A stretch of DNA of 62,064 nucleotides, the filler included, from Choristocarpus tenellus KU-1152 (lineage: Eukaryota; Protista; Phaeophyceae), in the NCBI GenBank assembly GCA_964200185.2. It is 12 parts of 12 records of this genome, joined end to end, with 100 filler letters (N's around TTAATTAATTAA, not from the genome) between each part and the next. Parts side by side here need not be neighbours in the genome. Positions count along the whole stretch, not along the records: positions 25,501 to 29,786 come from CAXNAD020015290.1; positions 29,887 to 36,084 come from CAXNAD020008706.1; positions 36,185 to 39,801 come from CAXNAD020018936.1; 9 more parts are not named here. One strand, 5' to 3'. Each line of letters opens with the position of its first letter. The first letter of the stretch is position 1. Of the stretch, positions 25,401-38,619 are shown in pieces. A program made the translations under genes and the position numbers. The notes beneath the pieces were generated by a model that did not search any database, was not told where the DNA came from, and worked only from the letters and a program-made list of their open reading frames with translations.

Positions 25401-26270
25401 NNNNNNNNNNNNNNNNNNNNNNNNNNNNNNNNNNNNNNNNNNNNTTAATTAATTAANNNNNNNNNNNNNNNNNNNNNNNNNNNNNNNNNNNNNNNNNNNN
25501 CAGTAGTGTCCATAGAGCTCAAGCCAACTGTGGGCATCAATCACCCTCAAGTCTCACCGAAATCCCTCTGAAACAAGAGGACTGTTCCCCAAATGCCCTC
25601 CTCTTCCACAGCAAGAACCACCAAGGCTTGTGACTTGAAGTCACTGGCCGCACAAATCCCCACTGTCAGCTCCTGAAGGAGGACCAGGAGGGTTTCCCAC
25701 GACCTCACGTAAGCTCGTGCAGGAAGCAATGCACCAGCTACCACTCCCCAGACGCAATATTGTGGATATGTGCACACCCTGGAGAAAGGTGAGTGCACTG
25801 CCCTGACTCCACAGGGGAAGGTTTGCAACCTACTAGACACATTGTCCAGTTGCCCCACCAATGGCACAACGTGCCTGCCCCGTGGGAGTTGGGGGAGGGC
25901 CGGGAATGCTCCAGCCGCGGACCGGAAATCCCTCACACGTACCCCCGTTGCCAACTGACGATGGTGCGGTCTGTTCCGTACCCACCGGCGGCGGGTCTTG
26001 ACACCCAATGCCAACCCCAGAGCGGCGAGGACCAATGCACAGCAGCATTTCGCTGGAGTGGGGGCACCAGCAATGCTCCATTCCGAGGTGCCTAACCGTA
26101 CAACCACGCCCCAGGGGCTCCACGCACCTACTAATAGCCCCGCCCAAGAAAGAAGACTCTCCCCATGTCCCTGTACCAGTGGCCTTTTTCAAAGGAGGGG
26201 AGATGGGAAAAAATAGCAATGGCCCAGAGAAAGGAGGTCAAAGCAAAACTTCACGTCCAAGTGAGTGATC

Positions 26271-27120
26271 TGTGAACGAAAAAGCAAGGAGAAGATAGAA
26301 AAGGCCAAGTTACCCGGGATCGAGGCCTTGCTTGTGACCGAGAGAGAGAGATAGAGAGAGATGGAGAGAGAGAGAAAAGGAGAGAGTCGGGGGGGGAGGG
26401 AGAAAGAGACAAACAGACAAACACTGCGGCTACGATAATACTCCATGAATCTACAACGATCCGCCTCGACCACATTTCTTTACTGGTAGATTTCGATTGA
26501 CTTCTGGAAGGAGGAAGGAGTTCCTCGTTCAGGTCTCCAGACGTCTTGCTGTGGATAGTGACAAGGGTTTCGCACCTCTCTCGGCCTATTCTTCAGAATG
26601 GTCAAACACGAACGGGTTTCGACTGGCCTGTAGCAGATAATGTGCCGAGCGTCGGCGCCTTCGAGTCGACAATCCTGTTCGATCCTTCTCTTCGCACGTG
26701 GGGTCTTACTCCCACGGTGCCGAGGGTTCCGCACCTCTCTCGACCTATTCTTCAGAATGGTCAAACACGAACGAGTTTCGACCGGCCCGCGGCAGATAAT
26801 GTACCGAGCGTCGGCGCCTTCGAGTCGCCAATCCTGTTCGATCCTTCTCTTCGCCTGCGGGGTCTTACTCCCACGGTGCCCAAAAATTTCTCCCCAACCC
26901 ATCCTGATCTGGCGCAAGACGAGACGTCCCTGGTGGAGGACAACACTCACGTCAGTGCTGCTGGTGAGGTCGGTGAGGTCAGGGGGATCTACCCAAACGA
27001 AGGAAAACGCGGGGCACATCAAGGGAGCACCTGCGAAGACAATCATCAACGACGTACAATTCACACTCCACACAACATTGGGGGAACAATGAAGTCTGAC
27101 GGTTTTATCCACCATTTCCG
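26271..27120 (-). mobile_element. Decayed LTR-retrotransposon (copia-like) integrase core with internal 159-bp duplication and possible 204-bp LTR
   Basis: Minus-strand remnants VVDDCLR, LRQIRMGWGEIF and KTPQAKRRIEQDWR..ADARYII resemble the DDE motifs VDDxxR, IRxDxGGEF and TPQxNGxxER. A TG..CA-bounded segment at 26474-26271 follows a short purine run. Frameshifted. Confidence 0.55.
26564..26881. repeat. 159-bp tandem duplication (2 copies)
   Basis: Copies start at 26564 and 26723 (AGGGTTYCGCACCTCTCTCG...) and are highly similar. Confidence 0.95.
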
Positions 27121-28517
27121 ACCCAAGGAGGGAGGTAGGTCGCGGCACACACACACACACACAAATACTCATACGCCCGCACTCACATAAAGAGGAAGAG
27201 AGAGAGGCGCATGCACACGCGCGCGTGTGCTATGTCTTACCACCATCTGAACATTGATACTTTGACGTTCATCTCCTCGCTCATCTCTCTCTTCACTGTC
27301 TTCACTCATTGTTGACGACATCCCAACCCTCGATGGGTATGAACAGGTGTTGTATCTCATCTGTAGGACTGCACTCCTTCATTGTGGCACATCAGGCTGT
27401 ATGACAACAAAGTGCTATAACAGCCGTGTTGTTGTGTGTGGTATGTTTTGTGTCCTCTGCGGTTTTTTTCGTGTCGCTTCGGAGTTTTTTCATTTTTCAT
27501 CTTCTTACATCAAATCATCTTTCATCATCCCCTCCCTCCCTCTTCCCTCCTCCTCTAACTACAGTTTTCGTATGGTATGTTGCGTTTCTTTCACTTCAAA
27601 GGTACAACGTGTGAATCGTGAGATTCTGTGGCGGCGTGGTTCACTCAGGCAAGGGTGGTGAAGAGAATCACCGGGCAAGACGGACCACACGAACGAGGAC
27701 GAACCGTAACCGAGGGTACGTGGTTAAGGTTGGACAAGTGCAAACTTAGGCGTGACAAGCACCATCAAAGGTGGGGCTTATCATCAGTCAAGACTTGAGA
27801 ACAAAATGGATCTTCCATGTGTGACAACTCTGAATGACGAGCTGTCCCAAGTCTATGGCATTGGTCACATGAAGAGAATTCCATGGTTTCATTCTAACGG
27901 AAAAGTCTGTCAGTGAAATCATGGACTCTTGACTGGGAACCTCAATTGGTAGCACCGTATAACGGTATGGCATACGGAAATAACGGTATAATAACAGGCA
28001 AACATGCTTTCCACATCACCCCCCCCTCTGTTCGGCCTTGAAGCCATGTAAACATGATTCAAGGTCAACCTAAAGGTGAGCTCTGGGAGTGAAATGGGAA
28101 ACATGTGTGATTGTTAGTATACTATTGCACCATTGTATTACACGACTCCATTAACACGAAATGAAGTATACAATATAAACGAGGCTAACGATGTATATCT
28201 GATCGGGATAACATAGCCTAAAAGGTTGATGGTGTGTGGTCAGCACACCAATCAAGCTTACGAGGTCTGAGAGTATGGGATCAGCATATCAATCAGCCTA
28301 AAGACGAGGCGAGAGGTGTATGTGGCCAGCATATAGGTATCTAATATCTTGTATAAAACAGAGGATACACTCAGAATGGGGAGACGAGGAACAAACACTA
28401 TACACGATGTCAACAAAACGATTTAACTAGTGTTTGTGATTCGACATTGCTATAAGTGCTACACGATGATTTGATCACCACTTCGATGCGTGAAAACATC
28501 GCGTGTTACTTGATCAA

Positions 28518-28772
28518 GAACCAAAGTATCTTAGATGGTAGAGTCGCGTCCATTTGGGGGCCAAAATCTAATGTTGCGATTTTGATGTAATTTTGGCTAC
28601 CGTGTTGTTAGTAAGTGTCAATATCTTTATTGCGGACACACCTTTTCATAACGTATACATTTTACCTACTCCGAAATATGCTGGAGTAGGAAAATGTCAA
28701 AAATAACGAGGGAAGCCAAGCCCCAAATGGACAAACAGGGCAAAACTCGTACCCTCTAAGGTATTTTTATTC
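28518..28772 (+). mobile_element. MITE family A (~255 bp)
   Basis: GAACCAAAGTATCTTAGATGGTA ... TACCCTCTAAGGTATTTTTATTC, colinear with 34551-34810. Confidence 0.85.
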
Positions 28773-29944
28773 CAAATCAACACAGCAAACAAAGAGATCA
28801 AATGTGTGCACCCATTCTCCTTCCTCAATTCTGACTTCGATTGGAATATTTGTTCACGACAACACTATTCCAAGTGGACAACTCGGACAAACGTACGATG
28901 TTGGTGGCTCAACTCTCCTAAAACAAGACGAGGTGACTGTACGGTCATTACATCATGTCGGGGGGTCGTTCCACACGAAAAAATAAAATAAAATAAATGA
29001 GAAACATGTATGGCTCACCTGAAGTTTCCATCTCTTACCTGGTGGTAGACTGGAATCTTCATTTCTTTTTTTTTCTGTTTTAGGATGGGGTTAGTCATTT
29101 CATGATGATCAATAATCCATTTCATAAGAGCGTGACATGATGTAATGAACAGCTACCTTTAGCACATACATGCTAATATATATGTGCCCGGTGATAACGG
29201 TCTCTTCACCACCGCATGTGTCCACTCTTGCAAACGAGGAGAGTTGAGAGATAAAATTAACTGTATATTAATTTATCTAATCCACCAACATTTATGTATA
29301 GTCTATTTGCAAGGATTGATACACCTGCTAAACACGAGATGCCAAGTCAGAGCTGGACGTGAACAGGTTAACTGGCATCTGTTACCAGTTATCTCATCTC
29401 TTCACAAAACGATAGACTATACCCATGTATGACAAAATGACACACACAAGATTTGTCTACACTAGATGGACAACCTATGTAAAGGATTATAATATGTGGG
29501 TACCACGATATATGGCCAAGAGACACTAGTCTTAAAAAATAAAATAACCAATACATATTAAGTACATAAACATACAATTAGCAACTAAACAAAAAAAAAT
29601 GGCCATGATCTGTACCACACATACACACGATAATCTCTTTACTGACACGATAGGTTACAACACAACGACAATGCATGATATACAGACTATGCAAAGGAGT
29701 ATGACAACAGCAAATACGAATTCTCAAGTCAACAACACGAGGGACGAGAATTTTACTGGTTATCCAATCCATTTACTGCACGATAGNNNNNNNNNNNNNN
29801 NNNNNNNNNNNNNNNNNNNNNNNNNNNNNNTTAATTAATTAANNNNNNNNNNNNNNNNNNNNNNNNNNNNNNNNNNNNNNNNNNNNAAATGAGGGCAAAA
29901 TACGTTTGGATATACATTAGGGGTAATCTTGGTGAGGGGAGGGA

Positions 29945-30125
29945 GACATAAAGTTTTGGGGGGGGGGGGGGACTGTCTACGCCAGGGTGTCCTTTCGGGC
30001 CCTGACCAGGAGAAATGCACTTACATTATCCATCTGGCGCATACAACCAAATAACCCAAAAATCGCAACATGTAAAAATTGACCACAAATGGACATCCAC
30101 CACCCCCCTCCAGATACTTTGAACC
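29945..30125 (-). mobile_element. MITE family B (~180 bp)
   Basis: Ends CAGATACTTTGAACC. Its reverse complement aligns with 40673-40855. Confidence 0.8.
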
Positions 30126-30227
30126 GGACTTTGTATGACGTCTCAACACTCCATCTTTCTTTGAAGTATCAAATAAAAATAGCTTCAATACCAACTGCCA
30201 ATGGTGTACTTATTAAGAAGGATGTAT

Positions 30228-30447
30228 GTATATAACTATCTTACAGAGTACGAGTTTTGCTCTGTTTGTCCGTTTGGGGTTTGACTTCCCATGGCGTATT
30301 TTTATGACATTTTCCTTCTCCAAAATATTTCGGAGAAGGTAAAATGTGTACGTCATGAAAAGTTGTGTCCGGAACAAGNNNNNNNNNNCAACATTGGATT
30401 TTGGCCCTCAAATGGACAAGGCCCTACCCTCTAAGATACTTTGGCTC
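30228..30447 (-). mobile_element. MITE family A (contains an N gap)
   Basis: Ends TACCCTCTAAGATACTTTGGCTC. Reverse complement of the 34551-34810 type. Confidence 0.85.
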
Positions 30448-30508
30448 CTTCCTTTCCGATGTGTTAATTTCTGAGGGTCTGTCTACACACCATCTTAAAT
30501 TGGCTCAC

Positions 30509-33500
30509 CTTCTGTAGCAAGACAAGGTAAGCAGCACATGCCCCGCATGTAACAGGCTCGGCGTCTAGAGCCTCAATAAAGAGAGCCTCGGCACGCCTGT
30601 GATCACCTTGAGACAAAACTTGCTTGCCAAGAAGGTACCTGGACTGGATTTCACAGTGGTATCCTGAGCACTCAGAGTTACATCCACTACATGTTTCATC
30701 TCCTGCTCTTACCCCTAGTCCATTTACTATGAGTGTATTTGAACTTTTCAGATACACTAGTGCGATGTTGCCATCTTGAAGGAACTGCAAAATTTTAAAG
30801 AGCCTGCATTCAACATTGTAGGGTTCTGATGAGAGTACTATATGATAGAATATACATGAAACCTCCTCAAAGTTGCAAACCATATACTCTGGACTAGTCA
30901 AGAGCATGGCTGGTGAAATAGATCTCCAAGGTTCAAGGCCATCTCTAATATGCTATTATGCACTTTCAATACTGAATTTCTTCAGAGTTGGCAGGTAAGA
31001 TTAACTCACAGCACACCGTAAATAGTTCCTCTCAGGCTGCATAACCTTGGGATCTGGAGGTGGAGATTTTCATCTTGTGGTTAAATGGAGTGCTTCCATG
31101 GGACTTTAATTGTCTGGTACTGATACAGGCTTACACAGATTTGGTAACAGGAAACCCCTTTATTCTTGCAAGCAATCATAGCTTAGACGAGGGAAACAAC
31201 TGCACCATAGTTGTGTCACTAAGAGGCAATGAACAATACCAGACCAATCTCACCACAGTAGTTTCTTTGACATAGGAGTTATTAGAGGTTTTGTGGATCA
31301 ATTTTATCCCAACGATCCAGTAAATCAAAGTATATCAAGTTATTGATTCCTTCTTTCTGGTACCATCTCACCTGGCTGTGAGCCCTGCCTTCTCTCCTGG
31401 GCTTCCTTTTGCAGCTATTTCGAGATGGCTCATAGCTTCATCCTCCTCTACACACTTCCTCTCCGCCGTCCTTCTTCTCCTTTTCCTCAAGGCCTGTTGA
31501 GCAACTATGCCACAGAAAAGATGAACTTCAGCTTTGTCCCTTCGAATCCCACCCCCACCCCCATCCCCCCCCTCTATGCATACATCTACAAGATAGCGAG
31601 CACGTGCCAAGAGGTGCCTGGCCTCCTCTTCTTCCTCTGCCGCTGGGGTGGCAATCCCAGGTAGATGCTCTGCACCTTGTGTCCCTGCTCCTGTTTCTCT
31701 GTCACGGTGGTTTCCATGAGCCATCTCGAAATAGCTGGTATCTACTCTGGGAAGTGACATGTCACCATCAAACATACTCGCAGGAGCCAGGACAGGACTA
31801 CAGGACAGTAGCAGCTGTGCCAGACTTAGGAGAAGTATAGGATTTAGAGGACTGGCTCGTGTAGCCCGACGAAGGAGGAAGGTAGCAACAGAGCGGTTCC
31901 CTGCACAAGCATGGATGCTAGCGAGAGCTTGGAGGATGTCGGGAGTGGCTTCATTTTGTCGGAAAAGGAAACCAAGGGAGCAAAGTTTGCAAAAAGGGAG
32001 CAACAGTGGCTGTGTAAGGGAGGGGGCACACTAAGGTGTGCATGTGGAGGAGGGGAGACCTCCAAGTTACTACAGGCCTGGTCCAATCAATTACCACTCA
32101 GAGTAGAGTGGAGAGAGGTAAAGAATCAACTGCCATGATTGCATGGGAATTGGACACAAAAAATCTGACATCGCTACGAACTACTTGGGCTTGCCTGGCC
32201 CTACATGTGACGCCTGTGTATGCAATGCTGTGTTTTTGGGAGGCAGGTCAGGGATTTGAGTGTGGAACAATGCTTCCGAGGCCACCCTGATAGTAATACT
32301 ATTGTGTTACACTGTTCAGCATGCTGTCTCCATAGGTTGTAAACATGCCCTATGCATAAGGGGATGTGTTTATGGTATCTGTATGTTTAAACCTCCGATT
32401 GAGCAAGCCTCTGAGTGCAACATGCCTAGATAACAGTTGTGAAGAGCTTGCACCCAAGCTCTTGGCACTCTTTTGTGTCTACATCGCATCCCCACTGATT
32501 GATACCTCTGTTCACTTAGCAGTTCTGTACTCGGAGAAGTATGTATAAGGGTACAACACATGCATTTTTTTTGCAGTGGAATATTACCTTTCCTTGTCTT
32601 GTACCCTGCAGCCCTCTTCAGCAGTTGATGAGCACGTTCAATCGAGCCCCCTCCCTGCAAGATCACAAATGCTAGCGCAACTAGAGTAGACTGGTGAAAA
32701 GGCTCCAGCTCAACAGCTTTTTCCAGCAGGCTCTCTGTCTGGGTCTCCCCCCAGGCTCGCCCCAACTCCTGCTCGGGCTGTGTTGCGGTTCCTCTGGCCT
32801 TTTCCACCACTGTAACAACCCCCTGTGCAGTGTCATTGCAAGTTCCTCCACTTTTGCTAGTCGATATTAACAACCCAGCTATCCTCCATGCATACAGTTG
32901 CATGGAAGTTGTTCGAAGGAGGGCAACACTCTCCCTCCCACTCCTGCCGGTTGAACGAATTGCCTGGAGAAGAAGATCTTGACGCTCCTCCCTGCTCTTT
33001 TACGCAAGAGATAGCCGGCGGATCCATTGGTATATGTGTCTACGCTGTGAGGGTCTTAAAAATGGATGAGCTTGCAGACAAGGAGGCAATGGCCAGAGCC
33101 ATGCAAGGCGCCAGGGTGGTAGGAGTAAAAATAGTACAGAATTGGTCATTTGTGATATGACACAGGTGACACTCATGTACAACATATCCAAATCACCTGT
33201 CTGAGTGAGGCAGCTGCCATCTGTGTCTCACATCTCAAGAGTGCAAGGGCCAGACCTCGTGCTGCTGGCTGGTACATGTTGCCTAATGGTGTAAGGGAGA
33301 GGGCAATCCTGAAGGCATCAACAGCTTTCCTAAGGCCTTCGTATTCTCCCCTTTCGAGCATGAAGAACCCCAGGGCAGTGTGGGAAATATGCTCCGATGG
33401 ATATCTGGCAGAATTGATGTTAAACCTTAACATGTAAGGGATTAAAACAGGCTGATGGAGTGCATGCTTGCTTTGCAAGCTGTCAGAAACGATGTCTGTT

Positions 33501-35990
33501 CTCGTTTCTCATTGTTCAAAGGCCGGCAATCTTGCAAAGGAGTGCTGCTCAGGTTTGAACTGCTTACTACTATACTCAGTATTTCTTTTCAGATGCTTTG
33601 AAGTAAGTACAAGATTTGAGCGGTCCATGGTTTGCATGGTAAGCACTGTGGATTGTATACGTGAACGATTCCGTCTGCTGCTAATCCACAAAAATTCCGA
33701 AAAACTGGCACAAGGTAGCAAGACTTTAATATGGAACAGCGCTGAGGTGAGACTGCACAACAAGATTCAAGGGAGCATGCAGAGGGACAAGCGATGCAAT
33801 GGCTAAACTCAATATGCCAGGAGCAAGGCATGCAAGGGATATTGCAATTGGTTTAACTGCAAAATGTGTTGTTTAATTCGTTTTTAATACGAAGTAGAGT
33901 CCCCAAACTAAAGAAAAGCGGGTAAATCATGTACAGGCAAAGACTTCTACTCCAAACAAGTGCAATAGTATACTCTACCTATCAACAGCCTCAGCAAAGG
34001 TTCTTGCCAACTTTTCTTGCCCTCCTCTTGCTGCAAGGTCCACTTGGCTGTGAAAGTGCTGCGCCTTAGCCACGGCCACCACTGCACCAGCACACATACT
34101 CTCCTTTATCTTGTTCCTTGAGGAACAAGAAGAGCACCAACCATCCACTCCCATCACCCATATTCTATGGTAAGTTGAATATCTTAACGACGCTTCTGCT
34201 TGCTCCAATGCACTGGATGCCAAGTCTATGTCCCTAAGACATTGATTGGCAAACTTGGAATAGAGTAACCAAAGTAGCCACTTACTGTGGACTGGGGGGG
34301 TAGAGGGTGCAACTCCTGGCTCCTGAGAAAAAACAATGTCGTCTTCAGGAAGGAAATTTGGCAAGGGTGACTTTGAGTGAAGTTGCACAGGATCCTTCTC
34401 CCTTGCCTTATCCACTGCAGGAAACCCCAGGGCAGAACGGAGTAGATGATCTACCATTCTAATTGCTCTGGCAAATGGATTATGTTTTATCCATGGCGAG
34501 AAGAAAGTGAGCGAGGTTAGGACCAAAGCTGGGGTGTGGGGAGAGGTACTGAGCCAAAGTATCTTAGAGGGTAGAGTCGCGTCCATTTAGGGGACAAAAT
34601 CCAATGTTGCGATTTTGATGTAGTTTTGAGTATTCTGTTTGTTAGGAAGTGTCAATATCCTTGTTACGGACGCACCTTTTCATGACGTACACATTTTACC
34701 TACTCCGAAACATCTTGGAGTAGGAAGACGTCATACAAGTACTCCATGGGAAGCCAAGTCCCAAGTGGACAAACAGGGCAAAATTCGTACCCTCTAAGAT
34801 ACTTTCACTCTACTTAGTCTGTATTCATCGCACCCTAAGCAGTAGAATGGGTCAACGGAGAGCACCAATGTGCGAGTTAACCACTGCTGTGCAGTGCATT
34901 GACAGTGCTGAAGTTGCTGTTTCCTTCATACCTTGATATTTTCTTTTTGCGGTTGTTCACTTTTCGACTGTGCATTAGGGCTGGACCCCATTGCTTGAGG
35001 AGGCAGCATGCCAGGTGCACCTATGTAGATGAGGTGGTTGTGTGCGATATCTTCTTGGTTTCGTTTTGTGCACATGTATACACACATGTTTCTATACCTG
35101 TGTATGAGCAAGGCTGTGTGATAGTGCATCTATGCATGTGACTTGGACAATAATCAATAGGTACTCGGACAAGCGACTTTCAATGTTCATTCTTCAGAGA
35201 CAATTTTCACTCCCATCTCGCCTCTCCATATCCGACCCATTGATACATCCCTGAAACCATCCGAATGGTCTCTACCTGTTCAACAACTCTTTGGTGAGAA
35301 AAAAAGTAACCACACATCAAAAATAGGACGAAGGCGGACGGATTACGTCGAATCATACCTTCCCAGAAGCATGGTAAGGTTTTGCAGTCAGACATGCCTC
35401 AAAGAAGACCCTTGCGCGATTTGGATCCCGGTTCATGAATAGTTCATATCGACCAAGGGCAAGCCAAACCCCCGCATCTATGCCACTCAAAATGGGGCCA
35501 CCTTCATTGGAGGCCACTCCCTTCCCTTGTTTGTGGGGGCCCAGTACCTCAGTCCCAACGCAATTGTCCGGCCACATGCTCATTGGGCCATCACCTCCGA
35601 TCTTGCACTTTTCATCAGTCCCCACTTCTGGACGTGATGAGGGAAGTGTAGAGCCCCTGCGGGTGGACTCAACTAGCAGGGGATGCCTTTTTTGAGGGGT
35701 CACACGACCACTGCATAAGCATGTTACTGATCGACGAAAGTAGACCTGAGACAAACGGCAAGGATCGTTGTGTGTATGAGTTGAGTTTGTTTGATTCTCA
35801 CACGTGATGAGAATGTTGTGCCTGCTCATGCTTTTGTGCTGCTCCTGTTGGTATGATAAAAAACAGTTACAAACAATCTACCCCGGGACTGCCACTCTGG
35901 ACTGTGCAGAAGACGCGACTGTTTTGGGTGCTCAATAGAAACTATTCTGAGTACTTTGAAGTAGGCGAAACTAATGGCCTCCTCCCTCCT
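30509..35990 (-). CDS. Large TPR/HAT-repeat protein, multi-exon, partial
   Basis: A run of minus-strand coding segments ending at GT donors (approx. 35745-35359, 34470-33978, 33410-33196, 32900-32588, 31960-31371, 30700-30509). TPR-like units include VWLALGRYELFMNRDPNRARVFFEACL, TALGFFMLERGEY..AVDAFRIALSLTP, LLEKAVELEPFHQSTLVALA, LLRRATRASPLNPILLLSLAQLL and YLLGKQVLSQGDHRRAEALFIEALDAEP. Exon limits are approximate. Confidence 0.75.
34551..34810 (+). mobile_element. MITE family A, full length (260 bp), 4-bp TSD TACT, Sola-like
   Basis: TIRs GAGCCAAAGTATCTTAGAGGGTA ... TACCCTCTAAGATACTTTCACTC. TACT at 34547-34550 and 34811-34814. Lies in an intron of the TPR gene. Confidence 0.92.
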
Positions 35991-36011
35991 GAGGATGCCT
36001 TCCTTCATACC

Positions 36012-36084
36012 GAGCCGAAGTATCCTAGAGGGTAGAGCCGCGTCCATTTGGGGGTCAAAATCCAATGTTGCGATTTCGATGTAA
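36012..36084 (+). mobile_element. MITE family A, 5' end truncated by contig end
   Basis: GAGCCGAAGTATCCTAGAGGGTAGAGCCGCGTCCATTTGG. Confidence 0.85.
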
Positions 36085-36184
36085 NNNNNNNNNNNNNNNN
36101 NNNNNNNNNNNNNNNNNNNNNNNNNNNNTTAATTAATTAANNNNNNNNNNNNNNNNNNNNNNNNNNNNNNNNNNNNNNNNNNNN

Positions 36185-36344
36185 CCTGTTTTATCCCCCG
36201 ATCACAACAAAGAGCGCCGAAAGCACCCTCATAAAATTCTCCCCTGTTATCGGACCGCACACACATGACCCGAGAGGGAGTACCATCAGCCCGGATATCG
36301 ACCATGTACTTTCTTGAAGTCTTCGGCGGCATCCGACTTAGCAC
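36185..36344 (-). mobile_element. Ty1/copia integrase fragment
   Basis: DIRADGTPSRVMCVRSDNRGEFYEGAFGALCCDRGIKQ contains the RSDNGGEF...CxxxGIxQ integrase core motif. Confidence 0.85.
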
Positions 36345-38619
36345 AAAGGAAATACAACCAAAACAAATTGAGAGTAGTCGTCCCGGATTATCATGGTATA
36401 TTGTTTACCACCGATTGATATGTGATATGGCACCCCTGCACCCCTGTTGACCTGTTTTCTCTTACTTCATACATGTTTTACCGTAACTGTCCGATAGAAT
36501 TGGAAGAGTCTAATCGAACAGATACCATTGTAATCGAGCCTGGAAGTCAACCAACATTTTCTACTACTCTGGAGTATATGCAACGAATGGATAATATGCA
36601 GCCTGGCTTCATCACCCTTCTGTGACAACATTTTACTTCTCTTAACCCTATTTGTTCTTTTTTGTCGTTGTTCGTTTTGCGGGTATAGAGAGAGTCTCTC
36701 AAAGAGGCGCATACCGTGGTAGAAAATTTAGGTCAGGGGGTAAAATATATACTATACGACGTAAGTCCTAGCAGAAGGTCGATTTAGCAAACATCAATTA
36801 AAACAGACTTTGTTACAGTATATAGTACGGTTCTTCCGTAAAAAGGCCATGGCGAATGACCTGCCAAACCACCTGGCAAGAACATAAAGATTCAGTCAAA
36901 TGCTATTATTACACTGAGAGGAGTATATCACAACAACAACAGGGCAACAGGGCATACTCAATTAAGAGTTTATGGCTAATTGCAAACATTACTACTCCTG
37001 TTGCGTGGTTAGTTGGAACGAAGTTTACATTGTGTGCTGTACTTCGTAGTAGCTAGAGCTTTGATATGAATTATGAGAAACAAATGTCGAATGTTATTCT
37101 GTCCTTCCCCCCCCACCTTGCAGCAGACACATAGTACATATTATATCCAAATATACCTGAAGTCCAAGCATATGTTGGATAACAGCAAGCGTATGTTGGA
37201 TAACAGTTGACCCCGAACGATATAGGTCACCTATGTAGTGATAGACTACCAATGCAGCCAGTCGCGTTTCCTGGGGGGTTTTCGGGGATAATACAGATAT
37301 TACGTAGGAGGAGCCGCCTGTATCTTGCTATAGACTTGGCAAACATATTGGGTTGGGTTTGGGGGTTATTTCTGCTTAGTTGGGTAGGGTTTGTTTGGGT
37401 GGTTTGCTCGGGTGGTTTGCTCTGGCTCGCTATTGCTAGTTGAATTCCTGAGTTGCGACCTAGTTGGTGTCATTTTGTCTCGTTTAAATCAGAGCTGTTT
37501 GCTCATTTAGAAGTGTGATACAATCAACACTATAGCATAAATCTAGTGCACCAGCCATATAAACCTCACCACTATCCCTGTTAAACTTTGACCAACACAT
37601 TTGGACTTGCAATCTTGCCTACAATATTACTCAGTTGGGTTTAAACGACAACTTTCAAACAGCTCAGAGCATTGGTTATACACCATCACTTTATTTTCTC
37701 GCACTGCTCTACTCACCCCACCCTGATGTGGAAGGAATCGGTAAGGCAACAAAGGTTGCTTTTGAGCTCATTACCGCTCTATCTCAAGTATACGTTCCAA
37801 ACTCGTCAAGCAATCACGCTGCACAACTTTACTGAGACTAGACCACAGAGCAATACACTCTTTTCCCATGCCCTGTATTGAATTAGGGATTAAGGCAACC
37901 TCAAGTTAGTCAATCAATCCCCTACAACCTGTACAGTAGGTGTGTATCCCACCCAAACATCCTAAACTGTAACCTCAGGTCACATTTAGCACTTAATTCA
38001 GATAGATGAGTATGCCCTCCGACAAATTTCTCATTACACAACAACTAGTAGCTCAACTTGAATCCGGATATTCCCACCAGCAAATAGCATCATCACAAAT
38101 TTACCTCTTAGCTTTACACCCCTGACAAGCCTACCATGTTTGCGCTCAGTCCCCTAAGGAAATTATGTGTGACTGATGATGATGATACTACAGTAAGACT
38201 ATCACACTGCACCCTCCGCCTAATTTATCGTTACTACCTGTATTGTGAAGATTTTTTAATTAGGTTTACAGAGTTGAGTGTTTGGGAAAATGGAGTTGAA
38301 GTTATGTTTCGACAGTTTGATCCAGTGAAAGTATTTTGCATTGCCAAAGTTGTTGTGTGGTGAGGTTGTGAGGGAGAAGAGGAGTTGACACAGGGATGTG
38401 TTCAGGCAATTTTCTTTGCTTAAAGTCAATCTCGAGTTATTGGCGTCTCAAGCAAGGAGTTCCTGGATGGTGAATTTGAAAAAACAAGGGACAAAATATA
38501 TTTGATCTGTTGTAGATACTGTTCTAGTAATTTCGATAACAAAGAAAGGTTTTTTGTTGGTTTTTTCTTCGAGTCTGCAAAAAAAAGTAAGAATACAACA
38601 AATACAAGAATATAGGACT

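Noticed and set aside
27348-27757. Possible solo LTR (TGTTG...TGACA)
   Set aside because: No matching TSD and no second copy in the window.
33975-36065. ORF starts MDATLPSKILWL and MDFDPQMDAALPSRILRL suggesting a shared leader peptide
   Set aside because: Both are read-through into family A MITE sequence, not demonstrated exons.
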